From Opitutales bacterium (GTDB taxonomy: Bacteria > Verrucomicrobiota > Verrucomicrobiia > Opitutales > PNEW01): DNA of 64,000 nt. Positions 20,305 through 31,322 of this stretch are shown here, one piece after another. The DNA is taken from positions 32,001 through 96,000 of the forward strand of contig CBDANS010000007.1 in the NCBI GenBank assembly GCA_965197745.1. The letters are read 5' to 3'. The notes under the pieces were generated by a model. It was not told the DNA's origin, ran no database searches, and worked only from the letters and a program-made list of their open reading frames with translations. The position numbers and the translations under genes are program-made. Every line of letters begins with the position of its first letter. The first letter of the stretch is position 1.

Positions 20305-20375
20305 ACCTACCTGCAAGCTCACTGGATTTCACGGAGCGTAGCGGATTGTAGTACCAGTGAAGCGCCTTGTTAGCG
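20305..20375 (-). other. attC site with R' GGTAGGT
   Basis: CGCTAAC AAGGCGCTTCACTGG...CCAGTGAGC TTGCA GGTAGGT. Confidence 0.8.
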
Positions 20376-21008
20376 ATTCTCATCCTTCCTTGCAAGCATC
20401 AAGGAATGGCCTACATCTCCTTCAGGAATGAACTTATCCCAAATAATCACAAAACCTGTTTCCTCAAGCCATTGAATGTAAGTGTCACGATCAGCATGAC
20501 TCCAATACATATTGGCGCCGTCAACCCCAAGCCAGTTAGCTTCTTCACCTGTCCATTCCCGCTGACCTGCAGAAAGAAGAAACAGGTTCTCAGGTTTCAA
20601 CCATGTCCCTATCCTCGCCAGGAGTTGTCGTTGCTGTGCAAGCGGCACATGGATTATGGTATAGAGGCAAACTACAGCATCGAAACCTTCGGATGCAAAG
20701 TCCATTTCGCATATATCACCCCAGACAAATGATGCATCTGGAACCAGTTCTCGTGCCCGTTCAATTTGCACCGTAGATATGTCAGCACCGGTAACCTTGA
20801 ATTTCTGACTCAACAGTTGTGTCGTCGGCACACCGCAACCACATCCAAGATCTAGAACAGAACATCCTTCTTCCAGCTGAGCTGATAATTCGTCAATCCA
20901 GCCTTTGTACTCCTTGTAGCTCTCACCTGACTTCTCAGGATTGTCTTCACGGTAGGCGAAAGAAACCTTGTCGTAACCTTCTCTTACAATATCCTTTGGG
21001 TTGCTCAT
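20370..21008 (-). CDS. Class I SAM-dependent methyltransferase
   Basis: VLDLGCGCG, FDAVVCLYTIIHVP; stop overlaps attC R''. Confidence 0.9.
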   Translation of the reverse strand: MSNPKDIVREGYDKVSFAYREDNPEKSGESYKEYKGWIDELSAQLEEGCSVLDLGCGCGVPTTQLLSQKFKVTGADISTVQIERARELVPDASFVWGDICEMDFASEGFDAVVCLYTIIHVPLAQQRQLLARIGTWLKPENLFLLSAGQREWTGEEANWLGVDGANMYWSHADRDTYIQWLEETGFVIIWDKFIPEGDVGHSLMLARKDENR

Positions 21009-21019
21009 GTCTTATCACT

Positions 21020-21072
21020 ATCAAGTGATTCTAAAGTTCTGTGTATTCGCGTGTGGGGATAATGTTATCAGG
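21020..21072 (-). other. attI-like element, family 1
   Basis: Plus strand atcaagtgattctaaagttctgtgtattcgcgtgtggggataatgttatc; core GATAGTG. Confidence 0.7.
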
Positions 21073-21251
21073 TTAAAGCTTGGCAATTTCAAATCGTTAC
21101 CAACAATATCCGTTTACATACCTGACAGTTGATATTTATTTTTCATATCTTCACATTTATGACTCATGTAGATCTAATTTATAAATACACGGCGCGACCT
21201 CTTTTATTTTCTTAAAAAATCGATATACGAGATACGAAAAAAGAGATTTGT

Positions 21252-22004
21252 ATGGATATACCTGGAAGAGTGGCGATTGTCACAGGAGGGGCGTCTGGTA
21301 TCGGCCGAGCCGTTGCCGAAGTGCTGGCGGAAGCCGGGGCTGCTGGCATTGTAATCGCGGACATCGATGAAAAAGGGGCAAAGGAATCCATCTCCCTCGT
21401 AGAATCCGGTTCTACTGCAAAGTGTCTCTTTCAACAAGCCGATATCTCAGACGAAGACCAGGTTAACAAGGCAGTGGAAGCAACGGTAGAGCACTTTGGT
21501 AAGGTGGATATATTAGTAAACAACGCTGGAATCTGCCCCACTACACCTTGGGATGAGACGACGCTTGAAAACTGGAACCACATAATCGGAGTTAATCTCA
21601 CGGGAGCTTATCTGTGCAGCAAAGCGGTACTACCCCATATGAAAAAAAATAAATACGGAAGGATCGTTTACATTTCATCGGTCGGAGCTTTTATCGGCAG
21701 CGTTACGGGACATGCTGCTTATGGGGCAAGTAAAGCGGGCATGATCGCCCTGATGAAAGTAGTGGCAAAAAATTTTGCCTCCGAGGGTATCCTGGCTAAC
21801 GCCATCGCGCCCGGAAGCATCGATACTCCTCTAACCAATAGTTTCGGCCCGGAGGCAAAAAAAAATTTCGCAGAGACTTCACCTCTTAAGCGCCAGGGAA
21901 GTGCCAGGGAACTTGCAGATACCGTGCTTTATCTCGTATCCAATCGCGCAACTTATGTAACCGGCGCGACCTTTCACATCAATGGGGGTTCCCTGTTGGT
22001 ATAA
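21252..22004 (+). CDS. SDR family oxidoreductase
   Basis: TGGASGIG, NNAG, YGASK. Confidence 0.93.
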   Translation: MDIPGRVAIVTGGASGIGRAVAEVLAEAGAAGIVIADIDEKGAKESISLVESGSTAKCLFQQADISDEDQVNKAVEATVEHFGKVDILVNNAGICPTTPWDETTLENWNHIIGVNLTGAYLCSKAVLPHMKKNKYGRIVYISSVGAFIGSVTGHAAYGASKAGMIALMKVVAKNFASEGILANAIAPGSIDTPLTNSFGPEAKKNFAETSPLKRQGSARELADTVLYLVSNRATYVTGATFHINGGSLLV

Positions 22005-22032
22005 TATTACATGACATCAAAAGGAAAATAGT

Positions 22033-22431
22033 ATGAGAAAACATCCCGAATGGGTTATAGATCAAAATGATTATCCAATATGGCAGGCTCCAAATTTATC
22101 GAGAAAAGTGAGCCTCCTCGTGAGCAAGGAAAATTGTGGAGCGGAGCATATCTCTGCGGGTTCATTCTGGTTGGCCCCGGGTCACGAGACGGTGGCCGAT
22201 ATACATCCAGACGCTGAGGAACTATACTACGTCGTCAGTGGTGAAGGAAGGCTCGTTATGGATGGAGAGGAGTTCAGAGTGTCCAAGGGCATGACGGTTT
22301 ACATTCCCGCCGGAGTCACGCACCAAAGCTTTAATGATGGGGATGAAGAACTCTGCTATTTTTATGCTTTCGGCCCACCTCCAACCGGGCCTTCAAAACA
22401 GGAGGGAGAAGGATGGGTGAAAATACAGTAA
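22033..22431 (+). CDS. Cupin domain protein
   Basis: HPDAEELYYVVSGEG, IPAGVTH. Confidence 0.88.
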   Translation: MRKHPEWVIDQNDYPIWQAPNLSRKVSLLVSKENCGAEHISAGSFWLAPGHETVADIHPDAEELYYVVSGEGRLVMDGEEFRVSKGMTVYIPAGVTHQSFNDGDEELCYFYAFGPPPTGPSKQEGEGWVKIQ

Positions 22432-22459
22432 ACGCTGGTAGAAGTTTGGAGTAATCCCC

Positions 22460-22825
22460 ATGAATGATACCCAACGACAGAGTATTGAAGATTGCATCGA
22501 GGCGTTAAGCCAGGGGAAACTCACCGAAGAGAAACTTCGCAAGGTCCTTGAAGACTTAAGCGAGACGGGAACAAAATACCAGGATTTGCTCTACCTTCAA
22601 ACGAGTAATACATCTTTAGACTCCAGTGTTCATGGCATGTCCATCGTAGAGGGCGGTGAGATCTCTGCAGGGCCTCCTGACTCGAAAGATTGGCCCTATA
22701 AAACACTGCTCGAGGCGATTCTCGACGGATGGAGAGTGATACAATTTCCCAATATGGCGCTTATTATGGATGAGTCGAAAACCTATGGACTCGGATGCGA
22801 ATTTATCCTGGAAAGATGGAGGTAA
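22460..22825 (+). CDS. Hypothetical protein
   Basis: ORF with RBS in operon context; GWRVIQFP motif. Confidence 0.7.
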   Translation: MNDTQRQSIEDCIEALSQGKLTEEKLRKVLEDLSETGTKYQDLLYLQTSNTSLDSSVHGMSIVEGGEISAGPPDSKDWPYKTLLEAILDGWRVIQFPNMALIMDESKTYGLGCEFILERWR

Positions 22826-22831
22826 GTTAAA

Positions 22832-23707
22832 TTGAGAATACCCGATATCGAACCCACCTTGACCGATACCCAGGTTCTCGAATTCTGTAACCAGGGATAC
22901 CTCATGTTGGAAGCTGTCGTTCCGGATGAGATCAACAGCAGGGTTACCGAATTCATCCGTGATAACCCATACGATACCGACGATGGGGGTGATTTTGAAG
23001 ATGAAAAGCTTCTCAAAGAGGATTGGTTCGTCGAAAATGTAATCCTCAACCCGCAAGCGGCAGGCGCGGTCCGCTCACTTTTAGGAAAGAACGCTGCTTT
23101 ACCAACCTGGATGTACAATCATCAGTCTCAAAAACCAAAACCGGCTCAACGATGGCATCGGGATGGCTGCTCCCGTGTCGGCTCTGAAGTAAATCACCTC
23201 CAGGTATTTTATTATCCACAAGTCACACCCGTGGAGTTCGGACCGACGGAGGTGCTGCCGGGCTCTCATTTTCTTTTCAATCTTGGAAAATATATGGGCC
23301 ACTATGGTAATATCAGCTGGTCGGAGCAAACGGCGGCACCGGCGGGCTCAATTTTTGTCACTGTCTATTCAATCTGGCACCGGCGGTCCGCATGCAGTGC
23401 ACAGGGCGTCCGCAACATGCTTAAGTACCTCTACTGGCGCATGGAACCACCCCAAAGGGATTGGATAATCGAACCCGATTTTGACCTTGATGATCTTAAT
23501 GACCTGGAAAATGCCTCCTATGGTGATGGTGAGGTAAGACCGGCTCAGGAGCAGTTACGCAATTGGCACGATGTCGCCGAGATGTTCTTCTGGTTGAGTG
23601 GCAAGATGGAGGATTTCCCGGCATTCCTGAGAACGGAGAGATGGCCGATGGGACATCCCCCCCGCAAGAGACCTAAGGATTTTCACACATTTCCAGGGAA
23701 GCGCTAG
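22832..23707 (+). CDS. Phytanoyl-CoA dioxygenase (PhyH) family protein
   Basis: WHRDG, GPTEVLPGSH, IWHR. Confidence 0.85.
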   Translation: MRIPDIEPTLTDTQVLEFCNQGYLMLEAVVPDEINSRVTEFIRDNPYDTDDGGDFEDEKLLKEDWFVENVILNPQAAGAVRSLLGKNAALPTWMYNHQSQKPKPAQRWHRDGCSRVGSEVNHLQVFYYPQVTPVEFGPTEVLPGSHFLFNLGKYMGHYGNISWSEQTAAPAGSIFVTVYSIWHRRSACSAQGVRNMLKYLYWRMEPPQRDWIIEPDFDLDDLNDLENASYGDGEVRPAQEQLRNWHDVAEMFFWLSGKMEDFPAFLRTERWPMGHPPRKRPKDFHTFPGKR

Positions 23708-23862
23708 AGTGAAAAACTAAAGTGCATTGAATTACCAACACAACTAATCGAAAGGAAAATTAAATGGACACGGGTATTGTTGACATGCCTATGCACATCT
23801 GGGGCCCTGAGCGGATTGATTGTGTTCTGGCTCATGCCCGAATCCGGGATCCTCATTAATAG

Positions 23863-26781
23863 TTGCCTGACATCTTCCTTTCAGCTCTGAACACAAGGTC
23901 AATTCTGATACTGCATACCCTATCTTTTGCGATCATCATCACGTTCACAGCTGCTGTTGGGGCGCAGACGTGGGTTGAAGACAGCTTCGAGGACTTTGCT
24001 GACGGTACGTTTGATGCCGCCGGTCATAATCTATACACCTCAGCCAGGGGTCGCATCACGACCATCCATCGATTCGACCTGAACACCGACGGCTATCTCG
24101 ACTTGTCGATCAATTCCTCGCACGATTTTATTACCACACCTAAACCTACGCTTTATACTTTACCCGCTGGCAGAGGTACGGGCACAGCGAGTGAGCTGCC
24201 GCTTTTCGGTATGGCTCATGTCGCGGTCGCCGACCTGAACAACGATGGATTTCTGGATGCCGTGTTTGCCCCCAAGCATAACTGGGTCACACACCGAAGG
24301 TATCTGTTTATCCTGTGGGGAAATGACCACGGCTTTTCGGCGCGTCGGATGAGCAACCTGATCAGCTCCTTACCCCAGAGCGTGCAGATCGCCGATCTGG
24401 ACAGTAACGGCTGGTTAGACATCATCGTACTCAACGGAATGCGATGGTCGCCGGAGGACGGTAATGAGAAACTGCTGAGGATCTACTGGGGCAGCGAAAA
24501 CTCTTTTGAGCAAAGTAATTACACCGATCGTCTGATTGAGGGCGCCAATGACCTGCGGGTTGCGGATATCGATGGCGACGGCAAGGCTGATCTGGCCGTG
24601 CTGCACAGTGAGCCACCGGCTGTTTCCATTTTTTGGAATGACCACATCACCTGGGTTGATCCCGGCACTATAAAAAAATTGAAGAATGCCGATGTGGACG
24701 AGCAAACGAAAAGAGAACCATCGCCGGTACTGCCAGATCCAGTGCGGTTGGAACTGGAATCTGAAAACGTCCAGGCTTTGCGTTTTATCGATTATAACCG
24801 AGATGGGAAGATGGACATGATCATGCGTGGCGGTAAGCGTGAGGTGGTCGGTGTCGATCCAACGACAAAAGAAGCCAAGTATCGCTCATCCGGTGTCATT
24901 CTCATTCCTGCCGGCCACAGTGACCGTCAATGGGGCCAACCGGTAAACATCGATGCTCCGCCAGCATCCAGAATGCTTGTGAACGATTTTAATCACGATG
25001 GACTGGCCGATCTCTTGTTGGCCGATGCGTCGGCCGAAAAAAACAGTGTGAACATTCTTTGGGGTGACAAGGAGAAGATTTTTGACACCGCTGACACCAC
25101 CGTCTTGCCAATCGCCCGAGCGTCGGCCCTGGCAGACGGCGATCTGGACGGCGACGGCCATCCGGACCTGGTTGTGGGTCTGGACAGAGGCGAAGAAACC
25201 TACCAGTCGCTGTCGCGCGTCTTCTACGGTGACGGCAAAGGTGAGTTTGAACAGGCGTATTTTGGCATTCCCACCAGCTCGGTTCAAGACATCGCGATCG
25301 TGCCCGATAGCCAAGGCGAAGGGAATCGGCTGCTTTTCTGCAACACCATGTGGGGGCGTATAAACGAAGACGTGCCGGTGCGCGTCTTCTGGGGCGGCCG
25401 CAGCGGATTCGACCCGAAACGATTTGATCGCTACTCCATACGCTCAGGCCACTCATCCAACGCGGCAGATCTCAATGACGATGGTTTCCCTGACCTGATC
25501 CTAACATCGATCGTCCACAACGTGACAGATGTTCATCCCGGAATCGGCATCAATATCCTTTGGGGCGGTAAGGATGGATTGAGGGACGATCGACGCACCG
25601 TCGTCAGCGAGTATGGTGTGTACGGCACGAACGTAGCCGATCTGAATCGCGACGGCTACCTGGACATCGCCACAAGCTGCAACTTGCCGAACGATGAGGG
25701 CGAGCCCAAACGGCTGGTCATCTGGCACGGATCAGCCAATGGCTTTGTTTATACGAATCGCGTAATTCTTCCGTTCGACCAGGGGCTGGGTCATACGGCT
25801 ATCGCCGATTACAACAATGACGGTCGTTTGGATATCGCGGTTGCCTGCATGGAAGCCAACCGCATTTTCATTTTCTGGGGCACTGCCGAAGGGTATTCAC
25901 TCGATCGCCTAATGGCATTACCGATGATGGCCGCCGATGATATCAAAGCCGCCGATCTCGACGGCAATGGTTGGGTGGATCTGATCTCGACGAGTTACAT
26001 CCTTCCCAAGACTAACAACTATGACTATGGTACGCATATATTTTGGGGTTCACCTGACGGATTCGATCCAACCCACGCCCAGCGTCTGCCGGGCAGTGCA
26101 GGTTATGGGATTACCGTTGCCGACTATGACACCGACGGGCACTTGGACCTGTTTGTGGCCAATTACAAGAACACCTTAACCCGCCAGTCGATTCCCTCGT
26201 ACCTGTTCTGGGGCGGCCGAGCCGGATTCGCCGAAGAGCGCCGCACGGAATTGATTGCCGATTCCGGCACCGGTGCCCTGTCGGCTGATTTCAACGGGGA
26301 TGGGTTGATCGATATTGCCGTGGCGGCCCACTCGCTCGACGGCAACCATGAGGTCAACTCGAGGGTGTACTACAACGATGCTGCCCGATTTTCCCACCCC
26401 AAAGTCACACTGCTGCCGACCCTTGGTCCGCACCACATGTATCACGCCGATGTGGGTCACGTGTATGACCGATCGTACCGCCAACGTTACGTATCATCTG
26501 TCTTTCGCTGGGACCGGCCGCGCACGAAAGCTTTGCTCACGTTCGTCGCTACGACACCGGGTAATACGCGGCTGGAAATGGAAGTTCGTACCGCCGCGAC
26601 CGAGCGTAGTTTGACGGATCAATTGTGGGCGTCGTTGCAAAAATCCACCATCGATACCGACGAACAGTTTATTTCCTTACATCCGACCGATCTATTTCTG
26701 CAGTATCGCGCCACGTTCATTTCCGACAACGGCGATCGCTATCCGGTGCTGGAGAAAGTGCATGTTCGTATGATCGAATGA
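23863..26781 (+). CDS. Secreted FG-GAP/VCBS-repeat (beta-propeller) protein
   Basis: Many DxNxDGxxD repeats with IxWG motifs; N-terminal hydrophobic signal. Confidence 0.88.
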   Translation: MPDIFLSALNTRSILILHTLSFAIIITFTAAVGAQTWVEDSFEDFADGTFDAAGHNLYTSARGRITTIHRFDLNTDGYLDLSINSSHDFITTPKPTLYTLPAGRGTGTASELPLFGMAHVAVADLNNDGFLDAVFAPKHNWVTHRRYLFILWGNDHGFSARRMSNLISSLPQSVQIADLDSNGWLDIIVLNGMRWSPEDGNEKLLRIYWGSENSFEQSNYTDRLIEGANDLRVADIDGDGKADLAVLHSEPPAVSIFWNDHITWVDPGTIKKLKNADVDEQTKREPSPVLPDPVRLELESENVQALRFIDYNRDGKMDMIMRGGKREVVGVDPTTKEAKYRSSGVILIPAGHSDRQWGQPVNIDAPPASRMLVNDFNHDGLADLLLADASAEKNSVNILWGDKEKIFDTADTTVLPIARASALADGDLDGDGHPDLVVGLDRGEETYQSLSRVFYGDGKGEFEQAYFGIPTSSVQDIAIVPDSQGEGNRLLFCNTMWGRINEDVPVRVFWGGRSGFDPKRFDRYSIRSGHSSNAADLNDDGFPDLILTSIVHNVTDVHPGIGINILWGGKDGLRDDRRTVVSEYGVYGTNVADLNRDGYLDIATSCNLPNDEGEPKRLVIWHGSANGFVYTNRVILPFDQGLGHTAIADYNNDGRLDIAVACMEANRIFIFWGTAEGYSLDRLMALPMMAADDIKAADLDGNGWVDLISTSYILPKTNNYDYGTHIFWGSPDGFDPTHAQRLPGSAGYGITVADYDTDGHLDLFVANYKNTLTRQSIPSYLFWGGRAGFAEERRTELIADSGTGALSADFNGDGLIDIAVAAHSLDGNHEVNSRVYYNDAARFSHPKVTLLPTLGPHHMYHADVGHVYDRSYRQRYVSSVFRWDRPRTKALLTFVATTPGNTRLEMEVRTAATERSLTDQLWASLQKSTIDTDEQFISLHPTDLFLQYRATFISDNGDRYPVLEKVHVRMIE

Positions 26782-26926
26782 CAAAGGAAATATGCGTATA
26801 CGCGTACCGAGGGCGAAGCCCGACACACTCAAATGCGTGTATGCGATATAGCCGTTATATATGGGGTTTGATAAAAATTCCTGCCTCAACCGCAGATCAA
26901 TCCGACATTCACATTCCGAAATTGCC

Positions 26927-29137
26927 TCACTCAATCGTTAACTCTTCTGTCGTCACCGTGACTTCATCCCCGTCTTCGTTGGCGAATGTGGCATCGATAC
27001 TTAGTGTCGGTTGTGGGGTGTTGTCGGACTTGAAATTGTTCTGCGTGATCAGGGTTTCAAAACCGGGCGTTGTCGATCCGCTCTCCGCGACTACGACCGA
27101 GGCGCTGTTCGTCTGAGACAGATCGCCTCCTGTTATCCTCAACCCGGGGTTGCCCGCCGGCACCGTGAAGGACCCTTCACCAAACAAAAGGTGGGGTACC
27201 GCATCGCCACTGGCATCGATGTCGCCTACGGTTAGGCGTACCGCGATCGGTATTCCGCGCGCATCGACACCGGTCTTACCGGTACTCCCACTAAAGACCG
27301 TGTTCGACAGCTGCATTCCGCCCATTCCCGTGGAATTAACGACTTCCACCAGGGTCACGTCGGCTTGTGCATCATAGACCTGTCCCTCGGGGAACAGCGC
27401 CTGGTTCACGGCATTGATCGATCCCACGGTGAAGATACTGAAGAAGGTACTGGAGCCCGCTCCATCGATGATCACGCTGGGTTTGCCGGTTACGTACTCT
27501 ACTGCCTGGTTGTAGCGTGGGGGAATAGCTGGGGGCAGGAAGGTGGCCGGGTCGAGGGTTACGGTAAAGGTCCCTGCGCCCGAGAATTCTACTTGCACAA
27601 TGTCCTCGGTTTCATCCATGAAAGAGACGCGTGTAATTTGTCCCGGTCTTGCCTGGAGCTGGATGGATTCACCCGTGAGTAAAATCTGGTCGAAGACGTT
27701 ACCGTTGGGGTGTTGAATGTTCTCTCCCGCGATATCACCCGTGCCATCGAGGACGAGGGGCACGGAGGGTGCTGCTACCGTTATGACCGCTGTATCGCTG
27801 TCAGCACTACCTCCGGCGTTAGTTATCTGTGCCCAGTAGTTAATGCTCGCGGTGAGAGCCCCGGTAGTTAAAGTGCCACTAGTGGCTCCGGCGACGGGGT
27901 TGGAAGTGTCACCGCTGTTACCGGTATACCATTGGTAAGCTAGATCATCGCCGCTGGCGGCTACTGATAACACGACAGCCGTCCCGGACTGCACTTCCTG
28001 GCTCGCGGGCTGGGTCGTGATGGAGGGGCCTTGTGCGGTAGGGGGTCCATCTTCGAAACCCGGAGCTCCAACTGGGGAAAAGCCAAAGTTGTCGACGGCG
28101 GTATTGCTGAACAATGGATTTATATTTACTTTATCGTGTATAACAATTTTGGCAATGCCACCTACGGCTCCCAATTCGCTGGCAATAAATGTAAAAGGAG
28201 GAACTAATGATTGCGCATTGATATTAGACTGCAGGTTTATTTCCCTGACGAGTAAATTATCTTCAGTATCAAATACCTCAATAGTCCCATCCGATTCTTC
28301 GAGACCGCTGCTGCTGGATGTCACGATGGTTGCGGCAAAAAATTGCACCCGCGCTGCCGGTGTTTCAAAAGTGATCGTTCCGGTTTTTCCATTCGAAACT
28401 CTCCAGTGATTACGAGCTGTGCGGTATTGAATTCCTAATTCTTCAGATTCTTGGGATATCGCTCCTCCTGAAAAAGTAGCTGTATACGGCGATACTCCTA
28501 AGATAACGTCATCAGTTGTCTGGGGAAATTCTCTAAAATAGGTGAATACCGTATTATTAGTTGGCCCATCGATGAAGGTAAAACCCAGATCGTCGATGGA
28601 TAGTTTACCGGTAACATTTAAGAATTTAATTTCGTGCATGCCGTCAAAGTAGTTGAGATCCTCTAAATCCTGGAAAAACCCACTGAAGGCGACGGCACGT
28701 TGTAGTGGTGGATTCGTATCGGGACTGATACTTTGCGGCAGGCCCGTTATTATACCTGACATACTATTTATTCCAAATACTATTTGGCTAGTGTCACTGA
28801 GTTGAATTGATCGGATTTCATACTTGCCCGCGCCGGTGCTCTCAGCTGCGTAGAATTCGATTTCAGCAATCCCCTTATCAGTGAAGATCTTCCCTTCCTG
28901 TCCGGGGCCCAGGGTTAATGCTTTGGTCCCCGAGTGCAGCAGACTTGGGTCCTCTAATGTCTCTACAGTGAAACCAATAAAACGGATATCAACGGGTGGG
29001 TCACCGAGGGAAAAGTCTACCGAACCTTCAGCATCTTCAAAATCTAAAAATACTTCCTGGTCCTGTGGAAGAGCGCGAAGAAGAAGAGGAAAAATCAGTG
29101 AAATTAGCAATACGGATACAATACTTTTAAAATGCAT
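26927..29137 (-). CDS. Secreted modular protein with Ig-like domain and a distinct C-terminal domain
   Basis: Signal peptide; PSITTQP...YQWY Ig module; C-terminal GENIQHPNGNVFDQILLTG domain. Confidence 0.8.
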   Translation of the reverse strand: MHFKSIVSVLLISLIFPLLLRALPQDQEVFLDFEDAEGSVDFSLGDPPVDIRFIGFTVETLEDPSLLHSGTKALTLGPGQEGKIFTDKGIAEIEFYAAESTGAGKYEIRSIQLSDTSQIVFGINSMSGIITGLPQSISPDTNPPLQRAVAFSGFFQDLEDLNYFDGMHEIKFLNVTGKLSIDDLGFTFIDGPTNNTVFTYFREFPQTTDDVILGVSPYTATFSGGAISQESEELGIQYRTARNHWRVSNGKTGTITFETPAARVQFFAATIVTSSSSGLEESDGTIEVFDTEDNLLVREINLQSNINAQSLVPPFTFIASELGAVGGIAKIVIHDKVNINPLFSNTAVDNFGFSPVGAPGFEDGPPTAQGPSITTQPASQEVQSGTAVVLSVAASGDDLAYQWYTGNSGDTSNPVAGATSGTLTTGALTASINYWAQITNAGGSADSDTAVITVAAPSVPLVLDGTGDIAGENIQHPNGNVFDQILLTGESIQLQARPGQITRVSFMDETEDIVQVEFSGAGTFTVTLDPATFLPPAIPPRYNQAVEYVTGKPSVIIDGAGSSTFFSIFTVGSINAVNQALFPEGQVYDAQADVTLVEVVNSTGMGGMQLSNTVFSGSTGKTGVDARGIPIAVRLTVGDIDASGDAVPHLLFGEGSFTVPAGNPGLRITGGDLSQTNSASVVVAESGSTTPGFETLITQNNFKSDNTPQPTLSIDATFANEDGDEVTVTTEELTIE

Positions 29138-29477
29138 TTTTGCTCCCCCTTTAATTTAACCCCTTTTGTTAATAAGACTGCTGTGCTTTGACAGGTAACC
29201 GTAAAAAATGCAGGTTTCAACAGTTATATTAGATTTCAGTAAATTTATTACTAAACCCAAATGTCTTAAAGTGTGCTATTTCCCTTCAGTGATCATTTTA
29301 TTAAATTAAACTAAAGTAATAGACAATTTCATCAATTATTCCTGGTTCATGATTATATTCTACATAAGTTATATTAGGGAGGATAAGCTTGAGAGCCGGA
29401 TTGATACACGATCCTTGATCCTTGATGCTGGATAATTCTAGTGGTTTCCGCATATCCTCTTATACGCTTTATCGCAT

Positions 29478-30479
29478 TTACGCTTTTCCGCTCATTTCCA
29501 ACCGGAAAGAGGGTACTTTTCGTCCGTTGATATCAAAATCATCACCGGGACCGATCTCATTAAATCCCAAAGACTCAAAAAGCGATTTTTTCTCGATATC
29601 TTCAGCTGATACCGTGGCGAAACAGGAAGGTGCTCCCTTGGAAAAACCCCAATTAATTGCTTTCATCATCAAGTCTTCCCATGCATCGATAAAATGATGT
29701 TGGGTGAAGCCATCCACCTGGCACTGATTGTTCTCATTATTAATTCGCACCGTTGATAAACCAGTAAGAATACCGCTGACACTTCGAGCACCAAACCAGG
29801 TCCCGAGCCCATTCTCTTGCATTGCCTCGTAAAGAAAGTAAAGGCCCATGCATGAATTTTGATCCACGTAACGTGTTGAATAGATACCTGTGTTGGCATC
29901 TAATACCTGCCAATCGTGCGGAACAACAATCAATGGAATCATTGGAATACGATCGGAACAGGTTGCGGGTGTGAATATTACGGATTCGCTTTTGCGGAAG
30001 TAATCAACGAGAAAATCTTCTGGTGGTTCACCACTGGTAATACAGGCCATCAATGGAGTTCCAGCAAGCTTACGCCACCCCAGTCGAAAGTAGACACGCG
30101 CAGCTACCGGATTACCTGTCCCTAGAAAGATAGCCTTTCCTCCATGCTTTTGAAACTCATCTCGTGCGGCTTTGCAAACTGCTCCTGCAATTCCCAGGTT
30201 TGAGAATTCCGGGTCAGTCACTACTTCACCCAATCCACCTAATTCGGGATTAACTATAGAATGTGTTAAATGGCACGTGCCTCCCAGTTTATTTCCTTTT
30301 CGAATCATATAAACGATATCGTGGTTAAATTCTTTTTCCTCGGCATTAAAAACACCATTATAAGCAGCATAGTTAGTTCCAAATGTACTTTCCCAGAAAT
30401 TGACAAACTCTCCATGCAGATCTTCAGGCAGTGGGACTCCTAATTCTGTGATATCATGTATCGAATTCTTCATACGCAT
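29478..30479 (-). CDS. GNAT family N-acetyltransferase
   Basis: GEVVTDPEFSNLGIAG, AARVYFRLGW. Confidence 0.75.
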   Translation of the reverse strand: MRMKNSIHDITELGVPLPEDLHGEFVNFWESTFGTNYAAYNGVFNAEEKEFNHDIVYMIRKGNKLGGTCHLTHSIVNPELGGLGEVVTDPEFSNLGIAGAVCKAARDEFQKHGGKAIFLGTGNPVAARVYFRLGWRKLAGTPLMACITSGEPPEDFLVDYFRKSESVIFTPATCSDRIPMIPLIVVPHDWQVLDANTGIYSTRYVDQNSCMGLYFLYEAMQENGLGTWFGARSVSGILTGLSTVRINNENNQCQVDGFTQHHFIDAWEDLMMKAINWGFSKGAPSCFATVSAEDIEKKSLFESLGFNEIGPGDDFDINGRKVPSFRLEMSGKA

Positions 30480-30647
30480 GCGTTCTAATTCGAACTCATC
30501 ACTCAGGGTTAAGGGTAAAGTTCAGGTAAGCGTTTAGATCTAAACCGGAAGTCTTCTAGATATATTTTTAAATTTCCGTGTAATGACTTAAAACTTATCA
30601 TTAAAAAATTAATCTTAATCAAATTAAACCTGTTAACAATTTGATAA

Positions 30648-30858
30648 ATTGCCGATCCCAAGGACAAAAAAGTCAACAGGGCCCCACAGAATAATCCAGC
30701 TGTGCTTGAAAAAATCAAACACCACGTCGAAGAGACCAAACAGAAACTTGACACCGTTTGCGTCGTTCAACAGCGTCGGACGGAGCGTCGGTAAAAGCAC
30801 ACTGGAGTTTATGTCGGACACCAAAACCATCGCTATTGATATCGGTCAGCTGTCATGA
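30648..30858 (+). pseudogene. Aldehyde dehydrogenase remnant (internally deleted)
   Basis: IADP...PQNNPAVLEKIKHHVEE in one frame, then TPF...VGRSVGKSTLEFMSDTKTIAID (ALDH C-terminus-like) overlapping the next ATG. Confidence 0.55.
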
Positions 30859-31322
30859 GCGCTACAAGTATCCACCACACCAAGATCAGTGTCAGCGACA
30901 TGGATCGCTCGCTGCGTTTTTATCGTGGTCTATTAGGCTTTGAACTAATCTACGATGTGTTCCGTGACGATCCGCCAGCATACCGCACGATCATGGGCTA
31001 CGAAAAGGTCAAAGTGCGCATCGCCATGTTGCGCGACAAGAACCAGCGATCCATGATCGGCTTGCTCCAGTTTGTTGAACCTGAGCCGATGGGCAGCCCG
31101 CCACCTTTGCACAGCATCGGGTTTGTCACACTCGCGGTGGAGGTCGAGAATATCCAGGCAGATTACGAGCGTATGCAACCTGAGAATATCAAAACTATCA
31201 GCCCGCCGGTGAATATCGAGCGCAACGGCAAGTGCGTCGCCCGAGCAATGTATGTGTTCGATCCCGACGGCTTACAAATTGAATTGTATCAGCCCATGGT
31301 GGCGATTGAGGATGCGTTGTGA
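30855..31322 (+). CDS. VOC family protein
   Basis: HHTKISVSDMDRSLRFY, DPDGLQIEL. Confidence 0.9.
   Translation: MSATSIHHTKISVSDMDRSLRFYRGLLGFELIYDVFRDDPPAYRTIMGYEKVKVRIAMLRDKNQRSMIGLLQFVEPEPMGSPPPLHSIGFVTLAVEVENIQADYERMQPENIKTISPPVNIERNGKCVARAMYVFDPDGLQIELYQPMVAIEDAL

Noticed and set aside
4821..21072. Family-1 repeats as a CRISPR array
   Set aside because: Copies are kilobases apart and separated by whole genes; no regular spacers and no cas genes.
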